Shown here one piece after another: positions 20,393 through 29,611 of a stretch of DNA of 64,000 nucleotides. A program made the position numbers and the translations under genes. The notes under the pieces are model-generated. The model made no database searches. It had not been told where the DNA came from and saw only the letters and a list, made by a program, of their open reading frames with translations. The number at the start of each line of letters is the position of its first letter. Position 1 is the stretch's first letter. Source of the stretch: an uncultured Spirochaetota bacterium (lineage in GTDB: Bacteria; Spirochaetota; Brevinematia; Brevinematales; JAOACQ01); the NCBI GenBank assembly GCA_963796325.1, contig CAWCLF010000001.1:404928-468927 (forward strand), written 5' to 3'.

Positions 20393-21409
20393 ATGAACCC
20401 TGAAATAAAGACTGAAAATACTTATATAGTTATAAAAGGAAGATTCAGAGCGCCGGCAACAAGTTCCTTCGGCATATTTATAGTTTTTGTCGACAACTTA
20501 TCAAAAAATGTGGATAAGTACGATATAGTTTCATCTCATTTCAGCACTCTCTATGAAAACAATATCAATATGCCCTGGCACGAATTCGAGGAGATAATAT
20601 CGAAGCTTAAATGGAAAGGGGAATATGCCACAAGCCTCACCCATGACATACAGGCAAGCATGGACGATATTTTCCAGGCCGGAACGGGAAGGACCCAGGA
20701 TATCTGGTCGAATATAAAAAAATCCCAGCTGAACAAGGTTACAGATATTTTTGATGAAGTGATGGCAAGACCGACTACCGATAAGGCTGTCAAGTGTGAA
20801 ATTGCCATTGAAAATATAATGAAAAGCGAGATCGAGGAAGCTAAAAAGCTGCGTACTGAAAGAGAAGCAAAGGAAATGCTTTCAACACCCGATGCGCAGG
20901 GTCAGCAGCTTCCCGGTTCGATGCCGGTCCTTGAGGAGTCGGCGGTCGTTCTCGAAGTTTCACTGATACTTTCTCCCATAGCAGGCATTCCTATTTACGA
21001 CCTGAAAGAGGGAGATAAAATATTTGTCAAGATCAGCGAGCAGACTTCCAGGGGACAGTATTTCATCGATCTTTTGAATGCGTCCGAGAATAATGAAATC
21101 GTCCCTATTCCCGCAAGCGTCGTTAAAATGGCTAAAGAAGGGAAAATTTATACGGTCCTGGTCAACATAGGCCCGGGTATTTACGGCAAATCCCTCGATG
21201 AAGATACGGTTAAAGTGAAAAAATACGATCCTGTAGACGATAAAAGAAAGATCAAGGGCATGCCCGAGGAAGCTGCTTCAGCACAGCCCGCACAAACCGC
21301 CTCTCCCGATCCCGCGCAGAAACCCAAGGGATCGATGAATATCATCTTTATTCTGATCGGCATTACCGCTTTTATTGTAATAATAATCCTTATATGGCTT
21401 CTTTTCTAG
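20393..21409 (+). CDS. hypothetical protein with a single C-terminal TM anchor
   Basis: 338-aa ORF. A Pro/Ala/Gln-rich linker is followed by a hydrophobic tail IIFILIGITAFIVIIILIWLLF. No family recognised. Confidence 0.5.
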   Translation: MNPEIKTENTYIVIKGRFRAPATSSFGIFIVFVDNLSKNVDKYDIVSSHFSTLYENNINMPWHEFEEIISKLKWKGEYATSLTHDIQASMDDIFQAGTGRTQDIWSNIKKSQLNKVTDIFDEVMARPTTDKAVKCEIAIENIMKSEIEEAKKLRTEREAKEMLSTPDAQGQQLPGSMPVLEESAVVLEVSLILSPIAGIPIYDLKEGDKIFVKISEQTSRGQYFIDLLNASENNEIVPIPASVVKMAKEGKIYTVLVNIGPGIYGKSLDEDTVKVKKYDPVDDKRKIKGMPEEAASAQPAQTASPDPAQKPKGSMNIIFILIGITAFIVIIILIWLLF

Positions 21410-21411
21410 GT

Positions 21412-22020
21412 TCAAACGCTTTGCGAATCGGCTATTAAAACACCGGCCTTCTTCATTTCCTCCACCGCTTTATCGGCGTCGCCCGGCGATAAATTCACCC
21501 CCCTGCATGCATCGAGAACCACATGAGTCTCGAATCCCAGCATCTTCGAATCGAGGGCTGAAAATTTAACGCAGTAATCCGTGGTCAGCCCTGCGATATA
21601 AACATCGTTAACGCCGTTCTCTTTCAGGTAATCCCCGAGACCTGTCGATTTTTTATGCCCGTTATCAAAGAACCCGCTGTAGCTGTCTATATTCCTGTCG
21701 GTCCCCTTTTTAAAAATCCTTTTGATCCTGTCCGTCCTGAGTTCGGGGTGCAGTTCGGCCCCTCTTGTTTCCTGGACGCAATGGTCGGGCCATAAGGTCT
21801 GGTCGAGGCCCGACAGTTTTATTTTTTCGTAAACCTTTTTCCCGTAAATACTGGCAAAACTGCCATGGTCCTTAGGGTGCCAGTCCTGAGTAGCTACGAT
21901 AAAATCGAATTTGTCCTGCAGTCTATTTATAACAGGGACGACTTCCGATCCGTTATTTACAGCAAGAGCGCCGCCGGGACAAAAGTCGTTCTGGACATCG
22001 ACTATAATAAGAGCTTTCAT
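21412..22020 (-). CDS. pncA: nicotinamidase/pyrazinamidase (isochorismatase family)
   Basis: ALIIVDVQNDFCPGGAL, WPDHC and YIAGLTTDYCV motifs. Start overlaps the stop of upstream pncB. Confidence 0.9.
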   Translation of the reverse strand: MKALIIVDVQNDFCPGGALAVNNGSEVVPVINRLQDKFDFIVATQDWHPKDHGSFASIYGKKVYEKIKLSGLDQTLWPDHCVQETRGAELHPELRTDRIKRIFKKGTDRNIDSYSGFFDNGHKKSTGLGDYLKENGVNDVYIAGLTTDYCVKFSALDSKMLGFETHVVLDACRGVNLSPGDADKAVEEMKKAGVLIADSQSV

Positions 22021-23501
22021 AGGGGTCCTCCCTTTTTTATTTTTCTTTTTGAAAGTATCATATCAGTCTGGAGGCCGTACAGCGACAGTTCAAGGCCTAC
22101 GGGATACCTGTGGGGATTTATAAATCTTTTTATACCGGAGTGGAATTTCAGAAGGTTCCTGGCGGTATTTTCACGCAGGCTGTGAATGCCGGTTTCCGGG
22201 CTGACCCTTTTCCCTTTCCTCATGACAGGGACAAGGATATCGATGAAAACGGTTCCTGCCTCTATATTTTTTCTCCTGGTGCCGTCCTCAGGATCTACAA
22301 TCATGCAGCCGTCGGGAACGGCGCTGTTAATATCAAAAATGCAGTCGGCGATATTTTCGCCGCTTTTTTCAAACCGCCTTATCTGAAGAATTCCCGGTAT
22401 GGTGATCTTTTCCTTCTGCTCGGAAAGTTTGAGCTTGTAATTCCATTCCTTCCCGGGGGTCCTTACGGCGGAAAGCTTGTAAACTCCGTCAAGCGCCGGT
22501 TCGTCGTATGCGGTTATCAGTTTGGTGCCGACGCCCCAGACATCTATTTTTGCGCCCTGGTCCTTGAGACTGGATATGATATTTTCGTCCAGCTGGTTCG
22601 ATGCAAGTATTTTTGTGTCCTTAAAACCGTTTTCATCGAGGATCTTCCTGGCCTCCTTGCTTAAATACGCCAGGTCGCCCGAATCAAGGCGTATTCCCGA
22701 AAGATCGAACCCTTTTTCTCGCAGCCGGATCCCGGTTTTGACCGCCTTTCTTACGCCTTCAAGGCTGTCATATGTGTCGACTAAAAGAATGCAGTTGTTA
22801 GGAAGGGCTTTGGCATACTCCAGGAACGCTTCATCCTCATCGTCGAAAGACATTACCCAGCTATGGGCATGAGTCCCTTTTACGGGTATCCCAAGGATTT
22901 TACCCGCCAGCATGTTCGAAGTCGCCGCGCACCCCCCTATGTACGCCGCTCTCGATGCCGCCATGGCTCCGTCGAATCCCTGGGCCCTCCTGAGGCCGAA
23001 CTCGAGTATGGGGTCGCCTCCCGAAGCCTGGACCATCCTGGCGGCTTTTGTGGCGATCAGCGTCTGGAAGTTAACGATGTTTAAAAGGACCGTTTCAAGG
23101 ATCTGGCACTGGATAATCGGGCCTTTTACCCTGACAATAGGTTCATAAGGAAATATTATCGTTCCTTCGGGAACGGCATCGATATCGCATTCGAAACTGA
23201 AATTCCCAAGATACCGGATGAATCCCTCCTCGAACAGAGGCTTGCCGTCATTGCCCGATAAACCTCTCATATATGACAGATCGGTATCGTCGAAATGGAA
23301 ATTTTCAAGAAATTTCAGGATATTTTCGAGGCCGCATGCGACAGCGTAGCCTCCCCTGAAAGGGTTTGAGCGGAAAAACATGTGAAAAACGGATTCTTTC
23401 TCCGCGGTGCCGCTCTTCCAGTAGGCATAGGACATGGTTACCTGGTATAAATCGGTCAATAACGACAGGGACTGATTGTACATGAGAGTACCGCTTTTCA
23501 T
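22017..23501 (-). CDS. pncB: nicotinate phosphoribosyltransferase
   Basis: 494 aa. LLTDLYQVTMSYAYW N-terminus and GTHAHSWVMSF motif, typical of NAPRTase. Confidence 0.9.
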   Translation of the reverse strand: MKSGTLMYNQSLSLLTDLYQVTMSYAYWKSGTAEKESVFHMFFRSNPFRGGYAVACGLENILKFLENFHFDDTDLSYMRGLSGNDGKPLFEEGFIRYLGNFSFECDIDAVPEGTIIFPYEPIVRVKGPIIQCQILETVLLNIVNFQTLIATKAARMVQASGGDPILEFGLRRAQGFDGAMAASRAAYIGGCAATSNMLAGKILGIPVKGTHAHSWVMSFDDEDEAFLEYAKALPNNCILLVDTYDSLEGVRKAVKTGIRLREKGFDLSGIRLDSGDLAYLSKEARKILDENGFKDTKILASNQLDENIISSLKDQGAKIDVWGVGTKLITAYDEPALDGVYKLSAVRTPGKEWNYKLKLSEQKEKITIPGILQIRRFEKSGENIADCIFDINSAVPDGCMIVDPEDGTRRKNIEAGTVFIDILVPVMRKGKRVSPETGIHSLRENTARNLLKFHSGIKRFINPHRYPVGLELSLYGLQTDMILSKRKIKKGGPL

Positions 23502-23676
23502 AAAGGTTCCCCGCTTTTTTATAAAAATTAATAAACATTACAATATTAATCAAATGACTCCCTGCCCCTCCGGACTGCCGGGCGGCAATAACATTTTATT
23601 TATTGATTTAACCTCAGATATAATATAAAATATCATTGAGGGTATTGCCCTCCTATACTCAGGGCAATGAGGTAAT

Positions 23677-26253
23677 ATGAAATCTGTCGGCATGGTGAAA
23701 ATCACCCCGGAAATTCCTTCGAATATAAAGAGAATAAAAGAACTGGCCTATAATTTATGGTGGACCTGGAATTCGGATGCGTTGAATATTTTTAAAAGTA
23801 TCGATGAAGATCTCTGGGAGAAGATGTACCACAATCCCGTGAAATTCCTCCTGTATGTTACTCAGGCGAAACTCGAAAAAGCGGGAAAATCAAAGCCGTT
23901 CCTTGACAGCTATAATAAAGTCATGGATGAATTCGACAGGTACATGGCAGGCGAGAATACATGGTTCAGGCAAACATACCCCGATTTAAAAAATGAGCTG
24001 ATAGCTTATTTTTCAGCGGAATACGGTCTGCATGAATCCCTGCCGATCTATTCCGGAGGCCTTGGGATCCTGGCTGGCGATCATATCAAGAGTGCAAGCC
24101 AGACCGGCCTTCCCTGCGTCGGCGTGGGGCTCCTTTACAAGCAGGGGTATTTCTCGCAGAAGATCTCGAGCGAAGGATGGCAGGAAGCGGTGTATTATAA
24201 CATGGACTTTTCACAGCTTCCTCTTAATAAGGCGCTGGACCCGAAGGGTGAACAGCTCATGATAGATGTCGACCTGCCCGGCAGGAAGGTATATGCAGAT
24301 ATATGGTATATACAGGCCGGAAGGGTAAGGATATATCTCCTTGATACCAATGTCGATAAAAACAAGGCCGACGACAGGTGGTTTACCTCCCAGTTATACG
24401 GCGGAGATCAGGAAATGAGGATCTCGCAGGAAATAATCCTGGGTATAGGAGGGGTCAAGGCATTAAGGGCGCTGGGGCTTGAGCCGACCGTCTGGCACAT
24501 GAACGAAGGCCATTCCGTATTCCTGGTGCTTGAAAGGATCAGGGAACTGCAGGCCCAGGGGCTCGGTTTCAATGAAGCCCTTGAAGCCATAAGGTCAAGC
24601 ACGGTTTTTACCACTCATACGCCTGTCCCGGCAGGAAACGATGTCTTTCCGCTTCCTCTCATTTCCAAATATTTCCGCTCCTACTTTGAAAAAGACAAGA
24701 TAAACGAAGGGCAGTTCATGGAACTGGGGAAGGAACAGGATTCCGGCGGCCAGATTTTCAGCAATACAATGTTCGCTTTGAAATCGTCGGGAAGGATGAA
24801 CGGCGTCAGCGAACTGCATGGCCATGTTTCGAGAAAACTCTGGGAAAAGGCATGGAGCGGCGTGCCGTATGAAGAAAATCCCATTACGCACATTACCAAC
24901 GGTGTCAATACAAACACGTGGGTAGCCGAAGAAATCAGGGATTTATTCGACGACCATCTCGGAGGGGATTGGGAAAACCGCCTGAGCGACGAGAAGTTCT
25001 GGGAAAATATCAGGAACATACCGGACAGGGAATTATGGCGGGCCCATCAGGCTCTCAAGCAGAAGATGATCGGATTTATCAGGAATAAGGCGGTCCAGGA
25101 ATGGACCAGGTACGGGGAAATGATCTCAGATATATCGGATGACGTGGAAACGCTGCTCGATCCCGGATTCTTTACGATAGGATTTGCCAGGAGGTTTGCA
25201 ACTTATAAAAGGGCGACCCTTCTTTTCAATGATATTGAAAGGCTTAAAAAGATCATGAATAATCCCGGTATGCCGATGCAGTTAATATTTGCAGGGAAAG
25301 CGCATCCCAAGGACAAACCCGGCCAGGAATTGATCAAGATGATATTCGATACGGCCAAAAATGAAGGATTCAAGGGCAGGATATTCTTTCTTGAAGATTA
25401 CGATATGAATGTGGCAAGATATCTTATACAGGGCGTGGACGTATGGCTGAACACTCCGAGAAGGCCTTACGAGGCTAGCGGAACAAGCGGCCAGAAAGGG
25501 CCTATCAACGGAGTCATCAATTTCAGCGTGCTTGACGGATGGTGGAGGGAAGCATTCAATATCAACCCTGAATGCGGCTGGTCCATCGGGCTCGACAGGG
25601 AATACCCGAGTACGGATATACAGGATAAAGAAGACGCCCTCGATATATATTCAAAACTTGAAAAGGAAATACTTCCGGTTTTTTATGAAAGGGATAAGGA
25701 CGGCGTTCCATTGAAGTGGGTGAAAAAAATGAAGCAGTCGATGCAGACGGTGATACCTCACTTCAGCACCGACAGGATGGTCAAGGAATACGCTGAAAAG
25801 TTCTATATACCTGCCGCAGCGCAGTGGAAGGTTTATTCGGGCAACGGCTATGAAAAGTCGAAAAGCACGGCGGCATGGAAGAACAGGGTGATCTCCCAGT
25901 GGAACCAGGTCCGTATCGAGCAGGATTCGATTACAAAAACGGACGGGTTCAAGGAAATATCGATTAGCGAAGGATTTAACGTGAGCGCGACCGTTATGCT
26001 CGGCCAGCTTAAAACCCGGGATGTTTATGTTGAGATATATTATAAAAAAGTCGATGATAAAGGTGCTGTAATTGAAGATAATCTTAATGCAAGGATGGAA
26101 GAAACGGAAGACCTAGGCGGCGGAAGGTATCGATTCCAGGGCGTAATGAAGCCCGAGAATGGGGGAAATTACGAATATACGGTCCGTATTTTCCCGTTTA
26201 TGGAAAATTTTGCTCATAAGTTCGAAATGGGTCTGATCAGGTGGCTTGAATAG
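23677..26253 (+). CDS. glgP: alpha-glucan (glycogen/maltodextrin) phosphorylase, GT35
   Basis: 858 aa. LAYNLWWTWN N-terminus (DUF3417-type), SGGLGILAGDH, and the PLP-lysine region EASGTSGQK. Confidence 0.9.
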   Translation: MKSVGMVKITPEIPSNIKRIKELAYNLWWTWNSDALNIFKSIDEDLWEKMYHNPVKFLLYVTQAKLEKAGKSKPFLDSYNKVMDEFDRYMAGENTWFRQTYPDLKNELIAYFSAEYGLHESLPIYSGGLGILAGDHIKSASQTGLPCVGVGLLYKQGYFSQKISSEGWQEAVYYNMDFSQLPLNKALDPKGEQLMIDVDLPGRKVYADIWYIQAGRVRIYLLDTNVDKNKADDRWFTSQLYGGDQEMRISQEIILGIGGVKALRALGLEPTVWHMNEGHSVFLVLERIRELQAQGLGFNEALEAIRSSTVFTTHTPVPAGNDVFPLPLISKYFRSYFEKDKINEGQFMELGKEQDSGGQIFSNTMFALKSSGRMNGVSELHGHVSRKLWEKAWSGVPYEENPITHITNGVNTNTWVAEEIRDLFDDHLGGDWENRLSDEKFWENIRNIPDRELWRAHQALKQKMIGFIRNKAVQEWTRYGEMISDISDDVETLLDPGFFTIGFARRFATYKRATLLFNDIERLKKIMNNPGMPMQLIFAGKAHPKDKPGQELIKMIFDTAKNEGFKGRIFFLEDYDMNVARYLIQGVDVWLNTPRRPYEASGTSGQKGPINGVINFSVLDGWWREAFNINPECGWSIGLDREYPSTDIQDKEDALDIYSKLEKEILPVFYERDKDGVPLKWVKKMKQSMQTVIPHFSTDRMVKEYAEKFYIPAAAQWKVYSGNGYEKSKSTAAWKNRVISQWNQVRIEQDSITKTDGFKEISISEGFNVSATVMLGQLKTRDVYVEIYYKKVDDKGAVIEDNLNARMEETEDLGGGRYRFQGVMKPENGGNYEYTVRIFPFMENFAHKFEMGLIRWLE

Positions 26254-26280
26254 TACTGCCCCCGGGAACAGGAGGTTAGA

Positions 26281-27420
26281 ATGATAAATATTAAAGAAGA
26301 AATGGAAAAAGCCAGGAATTTATATAAAAAGCAGGAATACGAAGAAACCGAAAAGATATATTCCCAGGTGCTGAACGAATTAAAATCGTCGGGTAATCCG
26401 GATACTCCGCTTATGATCGAGGTCCTTCAGGGGATCGGGGATTGCCTTAGGGAGCAGCTTTACTTTGAAGAAGCTATACCGTATTTCAGGGACATCCTGA
26501 ATATCGAGGCGGAGAACAAGAAGGCGATGCTCGGAATGGCCGACAGCTACAGGGGCCTCAAGGACTGGGACAAGGCTCTTGAATTCTGGTTTACGCTTCT
26601 GAAAATCGATCCGGGCGATTTCCTTGTTACGACGAGGATCGCCGATGCGTTCAGAAAGAAGAATGATTTTGCAAACGCTGAAAAATATTATCTTATGTCT
26701 CTTGAATTGAATTCGAAGAATAAATTCGCCCTTATGGGGCTCGGCGACCTGTATTATAAAAACAAAAAATACAACAAAGCCCTGGATTACTGGAAAACGC
26801 TCCTGGAAATAAACCCCAAATTCATAAATATCCTTACAATGGTCGGCAATATTTACAGGACCTGGAAGCAGTTCGATAAAGCCATAGATTACTATCAGAA
26901 AGCCCTGGAAATCGACAGGAATAACTTTTACGCTCTTTACGGCATAGCGGATTCCCTGAGGGGAAAGAAAAGATTCAGGGACGCTATAAAATACTGGAAG
27001 AAGATCCTGTCTAAAGAACCCGGCAACGACAGGATACTGACAAGGCTTGCCGATTGCTACCTCAAGGTTGGAAAAATCGACGATGCTGAAAAGATTTACA
27101 ATGAAGTTATGGCGACAAGTTCGAATAAATATACTATGATCGGGCTGATCCGCATACATATCGAAAGAAAAGAATGGGACAGCGCAATTGAAATGTGCAA
27201 CGATTACCTTAAAAAATACCCCAACGACTCGAGAGTAATACTTATACTCGCAAAGATTTACGAGGATACCGGCCAGAAAGAAAAGACCATGGAAGTTTAT
27301 GAAAAGTACAGCGCGATATTCAACGATATAAAAGAATTTACTTCGAAACTCGCTTCCTCTACAATCCAGAATTTCCAGAATGAGATAGAAGAGTATACAG
27401 AGCATGACAGGGATAAATAA
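26281..27420 (+). CDS. TPR-repeat protein
   Basis: 379 aa with regular 34-residue periodicity (A..Y..AL.L.P.N..AL.GLG..Y). Confidence 0.8.
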   Translation: MINIKEEMEKARNLYKKQEYEETEKIYSQVLNELKSSGNPDTPLMIEVLQGIGDCLREQLYFEEAIPYFRDILNIEAENKKAMLGMADSYRGLKDWDKALEFWFTLLKIDPGDFLVTTRIADAFRKKNDFANAEKYYLMSLELNSKNKFALMGLGDLYYKNKKYNKALDYWKTLLEINPKFINILTMVGNIYRTWKQFDKAIDYYQKALEIDRNNFYALYGIADSLRGKKRFRDAIKYWKKILSKEPGNDRILTRLADCYLKVGKIDDAEKIYNEVMATSSNKYTMIGLIRIHIERKEWDSAIEMCNDYLKKYPNDSRVILILAKIYEDTGQKEKTMEVYEKYSAIFNDIKEFTSKLASSTIQNFQNEIEEYTEHDRDK

Positions 27421-27991
27421 ATACTTCGTTCCGCCTCTTGCCATACTTTTTTTATGTATTACATTCAAAGTCATGTATTCCATTCGAATGCCGGAAGTGC
27501 CTTATTTCCCGGTTTATCCCAATTACAGTTTCAACCTTACCGGAGATAAGGGAAGCACCATCAGTATGACCCTGCGGATAGATATTCCCAACGAGAATGA
27601 GACCATCGACAAGTTTTTCCTCAACTGGTCCATGATAATGAAATCGGGACCCGATAAACTCGCATATTCTCTGAGGCTGATACTATTAACAAACGGCAAT
27701 ATATACCTCGATCAAATGAAGGACGGAGTGTATGAACGCTCCTTTCCTCCTGAAATTATCATTTTCCCTTCCGCACCGGTTTTCAACAGGGAACTCGAAA
27801 TAGGCGAAAATATTTCGTTCAAGTTCACAAGGTTTATCGGCAGGCTCAGCGATGCCGCCCTGTCCCAGGTATATTACAATGTTATCGAAGGGGAACTAAA
27901 GCTCCTCGACAGGGACTGCAGGATTTATTTTTCGAAGGATAACGGCGTCGTCATGATCAGGACCCCGGACGAGACTTACATTCAGAAATAA
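27404..27991 (+). CDS. hypothetical membrane-anchored/exported protein
   Basis: 195-aa ORF with an N-terminal hydrophobic segment. Overlaps the TPR gene stop. No family recognised. Confidence 0.45.
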   Translation: MTGINKYFVPPLAILFLCITFKVMYSIRMPEVPYFPVYPNYSFNLTGDKGSTISMTLRIDIPNENETIDKFFLNWSMIMKSGPDKLAYSLRLILLTNGNIYLDQMKDGVYERSFPPEIIIFPSAPVFNRELEIGENISFKFTRFIGRLSDAALSQVYYNVIEGELKLLDRDCRIYFSKDNGVVMIRTPDETYIQK

Positions 27992-27997
27992 AACCGC

Positions 27998-28031
27998 TCC
28001 GGTAAACAGGTCTGAACCCGGACTTTTTTTC
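27998..28031 (+). terminator. weak hairpin + T7 run
   Basis: tccgg…ccgga (5-bp stem, long loop) followed by cttttttt. Confidence 0.35.
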
Positions 28032-28127
28032 TTTGAAAATTGCTGTTATATTACTATATTAATAACATTGTCGATTTTAAAAACCGCCTTTATAATTATT
28101 CGTATCCGCCCGATGAATGGAGGACAT

Positions 28128-29606
28128 ATGAGTTCATACCTGAAATTTACCCCGGTTTTGTTCATTTCTCTTTTTTTACTGGCGTCATGCACAGCCGCCG
28201 GCAGGGCGGACAATCAGCCGGGCGGCGTATCAGGCGGCGCTCCTTCGTGGGTTGCCGTTCCGAAAAAGGATAAAATATATTTCTATGCGGCGGGCTATAT
28301 CGAGGATACGGGTAATTTCGAGGACATAAAGGCGAAGGCTTTTCAAAACGCCAAGGGCCGCATAGCCGATGCTATTTTCGAGGAGACGTCGGTCGAAAAG
28401 GTCCTGACGACATCGGGCGGACTAGGCGACAACGAGGAATTAAGAAAATCCTACAGGGAAACCGTAAAATCGAGCAGCACGGTCAACCTTTCCGGGGTTG
28501 AAATCGACGACGTCTATTATGAAAAATCCACGGATTCAGGCCTTGACGTATACAAAGTCTGGGTTCTTGCCAGGATTTCTTACCGGAACCTTGAAAGGGA
28601 AAGGAACAGGATCATACAGGAACTGCAGAGGAAACTCGAACTCGTCGACAATACCATACGCGAGGCGCTTAAACTCGCCGGCGAGGGCAGGATAATCGAC
28701 GCCGTCGGAGCATATATTACAGCCGCGGTGAGCTCGGCGCATGTCAGGGATAGAATGGACGAATTTCCCATATATATAAACCAGGCCGGAAATCTTCTGG
28801 ATAAAATCTCTATAGAACCCCTGGACAATCCCGGATCGATAGATACCGCCGGAGGGGGTAAATGCCGGTTCGCAGTATTTTATGCGGACAGGACGGGTAA
28901 AATTCCTTTAAGCGGCATCAAGACGGTCTTTGTCGTCAAAAACAACAGCGGAGATTATACCAGGGCCGATGTTTCACAGACAAACGGCACTGTCGAATGC
29001 GATATTAAAAAGCTTGCAGAAGTCAAAGGCGGAAACCGTCTTTACGCGTCAATTTCGCTGGATTTTTCTTCGATTGAAGGATTGGGGGCGGATTATTCAA
29101 AGTATTACTCAATACTAATAGACCGGAGGGACAAAATAAGCGCTTATACGGAATTCAGGACAGTCTCCTCCATTAACAGGAATATCCCCGCCGGTGTAAT
29201 GGCTTTTTCAGGTGAAAGCGGTTCATACGAAGCCGAGCCTGATCTGGCTGCCGAGGCGCGGTCGTACCTGATCGGCAAAGGTTACAAGGTCGTTAATTAC
29301 CCGAAAGAGGTTTCCCCCGATGATATTTCGCAGGGAAAACCCGGGGTAATGAGTAATTTAATTTCATCGGGAATCAAGAGGATCATGCTGATCATGGTCA
29401 GGGAACCGGCTGAAATTGAATACAACACGGATCTCGGAAGGTTCCTGGGAGTTTATTCCGTTACGGTGGAATTCCTGGATACTTCGACAGGAGAGATCGT
29501 ATCGAGCGGCAATTTCAAGGTCAGCGCCACGGCTATGACTAAAAATTCCGTAAAAGATTCTTTTATCAAAGCCGCCGGCAAACAGATCAAAAATCTTATT
29601 GAATAA
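28128..29606 (+). CDS. lipoprotein (LPP20-like N-terminal region), function unknown
   Basis: Start chosen at the ATG 6 nt after GGAGGA. Lipobox LFLLASC. The track ORF extends to 28068, but that extension has no RBS. Confidence 0.6.
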   Translation: MSSYLKFTPVLFISLFLLASCTAAGRADNQPGGVSGGAPSWVAVPKKDKIYFYAAGYIEDTGNFEDIKAKAFQNAKGRIADAIFEETSVEKVLTTSGGLGDNEELRKSYRETVKSSSTVNLSGVEIDDVYYEKSTDSGLDVYKVWVLARISYRNLERERNRIIQELQRKLELVDNTIREALKLAGEGRIIDAVGAYITAAVSSAHVRDRMDEFPIYINQAGNLLDKISIEPLDNPGSIDTAGGGKCRFAVFYADRTGKIPLSGIKTVFVVKNNSGDYTRADVSQTNGTVECDIKKLAEVKGGNRLYASISLDFSSIEGLGADYSKYYSILIDRRDKISAYTEFRTVSSINRNIPAGVMAFSGESGSYEAEPDLAAEARSYLIGKGYKVVNYPKEVSPDDISQGKPGVMSNLISSGIKRIMLIMVREPAEIEYNTDLGRFLGVYSVTVEFLDTSTGEIVSSGNFKVSATAMTKNSVKDSFIKAAGKQIKNLIE

Positions 29607-29611
29607 ATGCA

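Noticed and set aside
23628-23676. Hairpin attgccct-N9-agggcaat in the glgP leader, overlapping the RBS, considered as a CsrA-type site (glg genes are CsrA targets in E. coli)
   Set aside because: There are no GGA motifs in the loop or at the SD. It may still modulate translation, but nothing supports a specific regulator.
26380-27483. 367-aa ORF on the minus strand
   Set aside because: It lies entirely antisense to the TPR-repeat gene, which has clear 34-residue periodicity. The antisense product has no motifs and no RBS, so it is treated as a shadow ORF. The same reasoning applies to 7385-8146(-), 34211-34915(-), 9887-10423(-), 12524-13006(-), 31660-32268(-) and 39726-40358(-).
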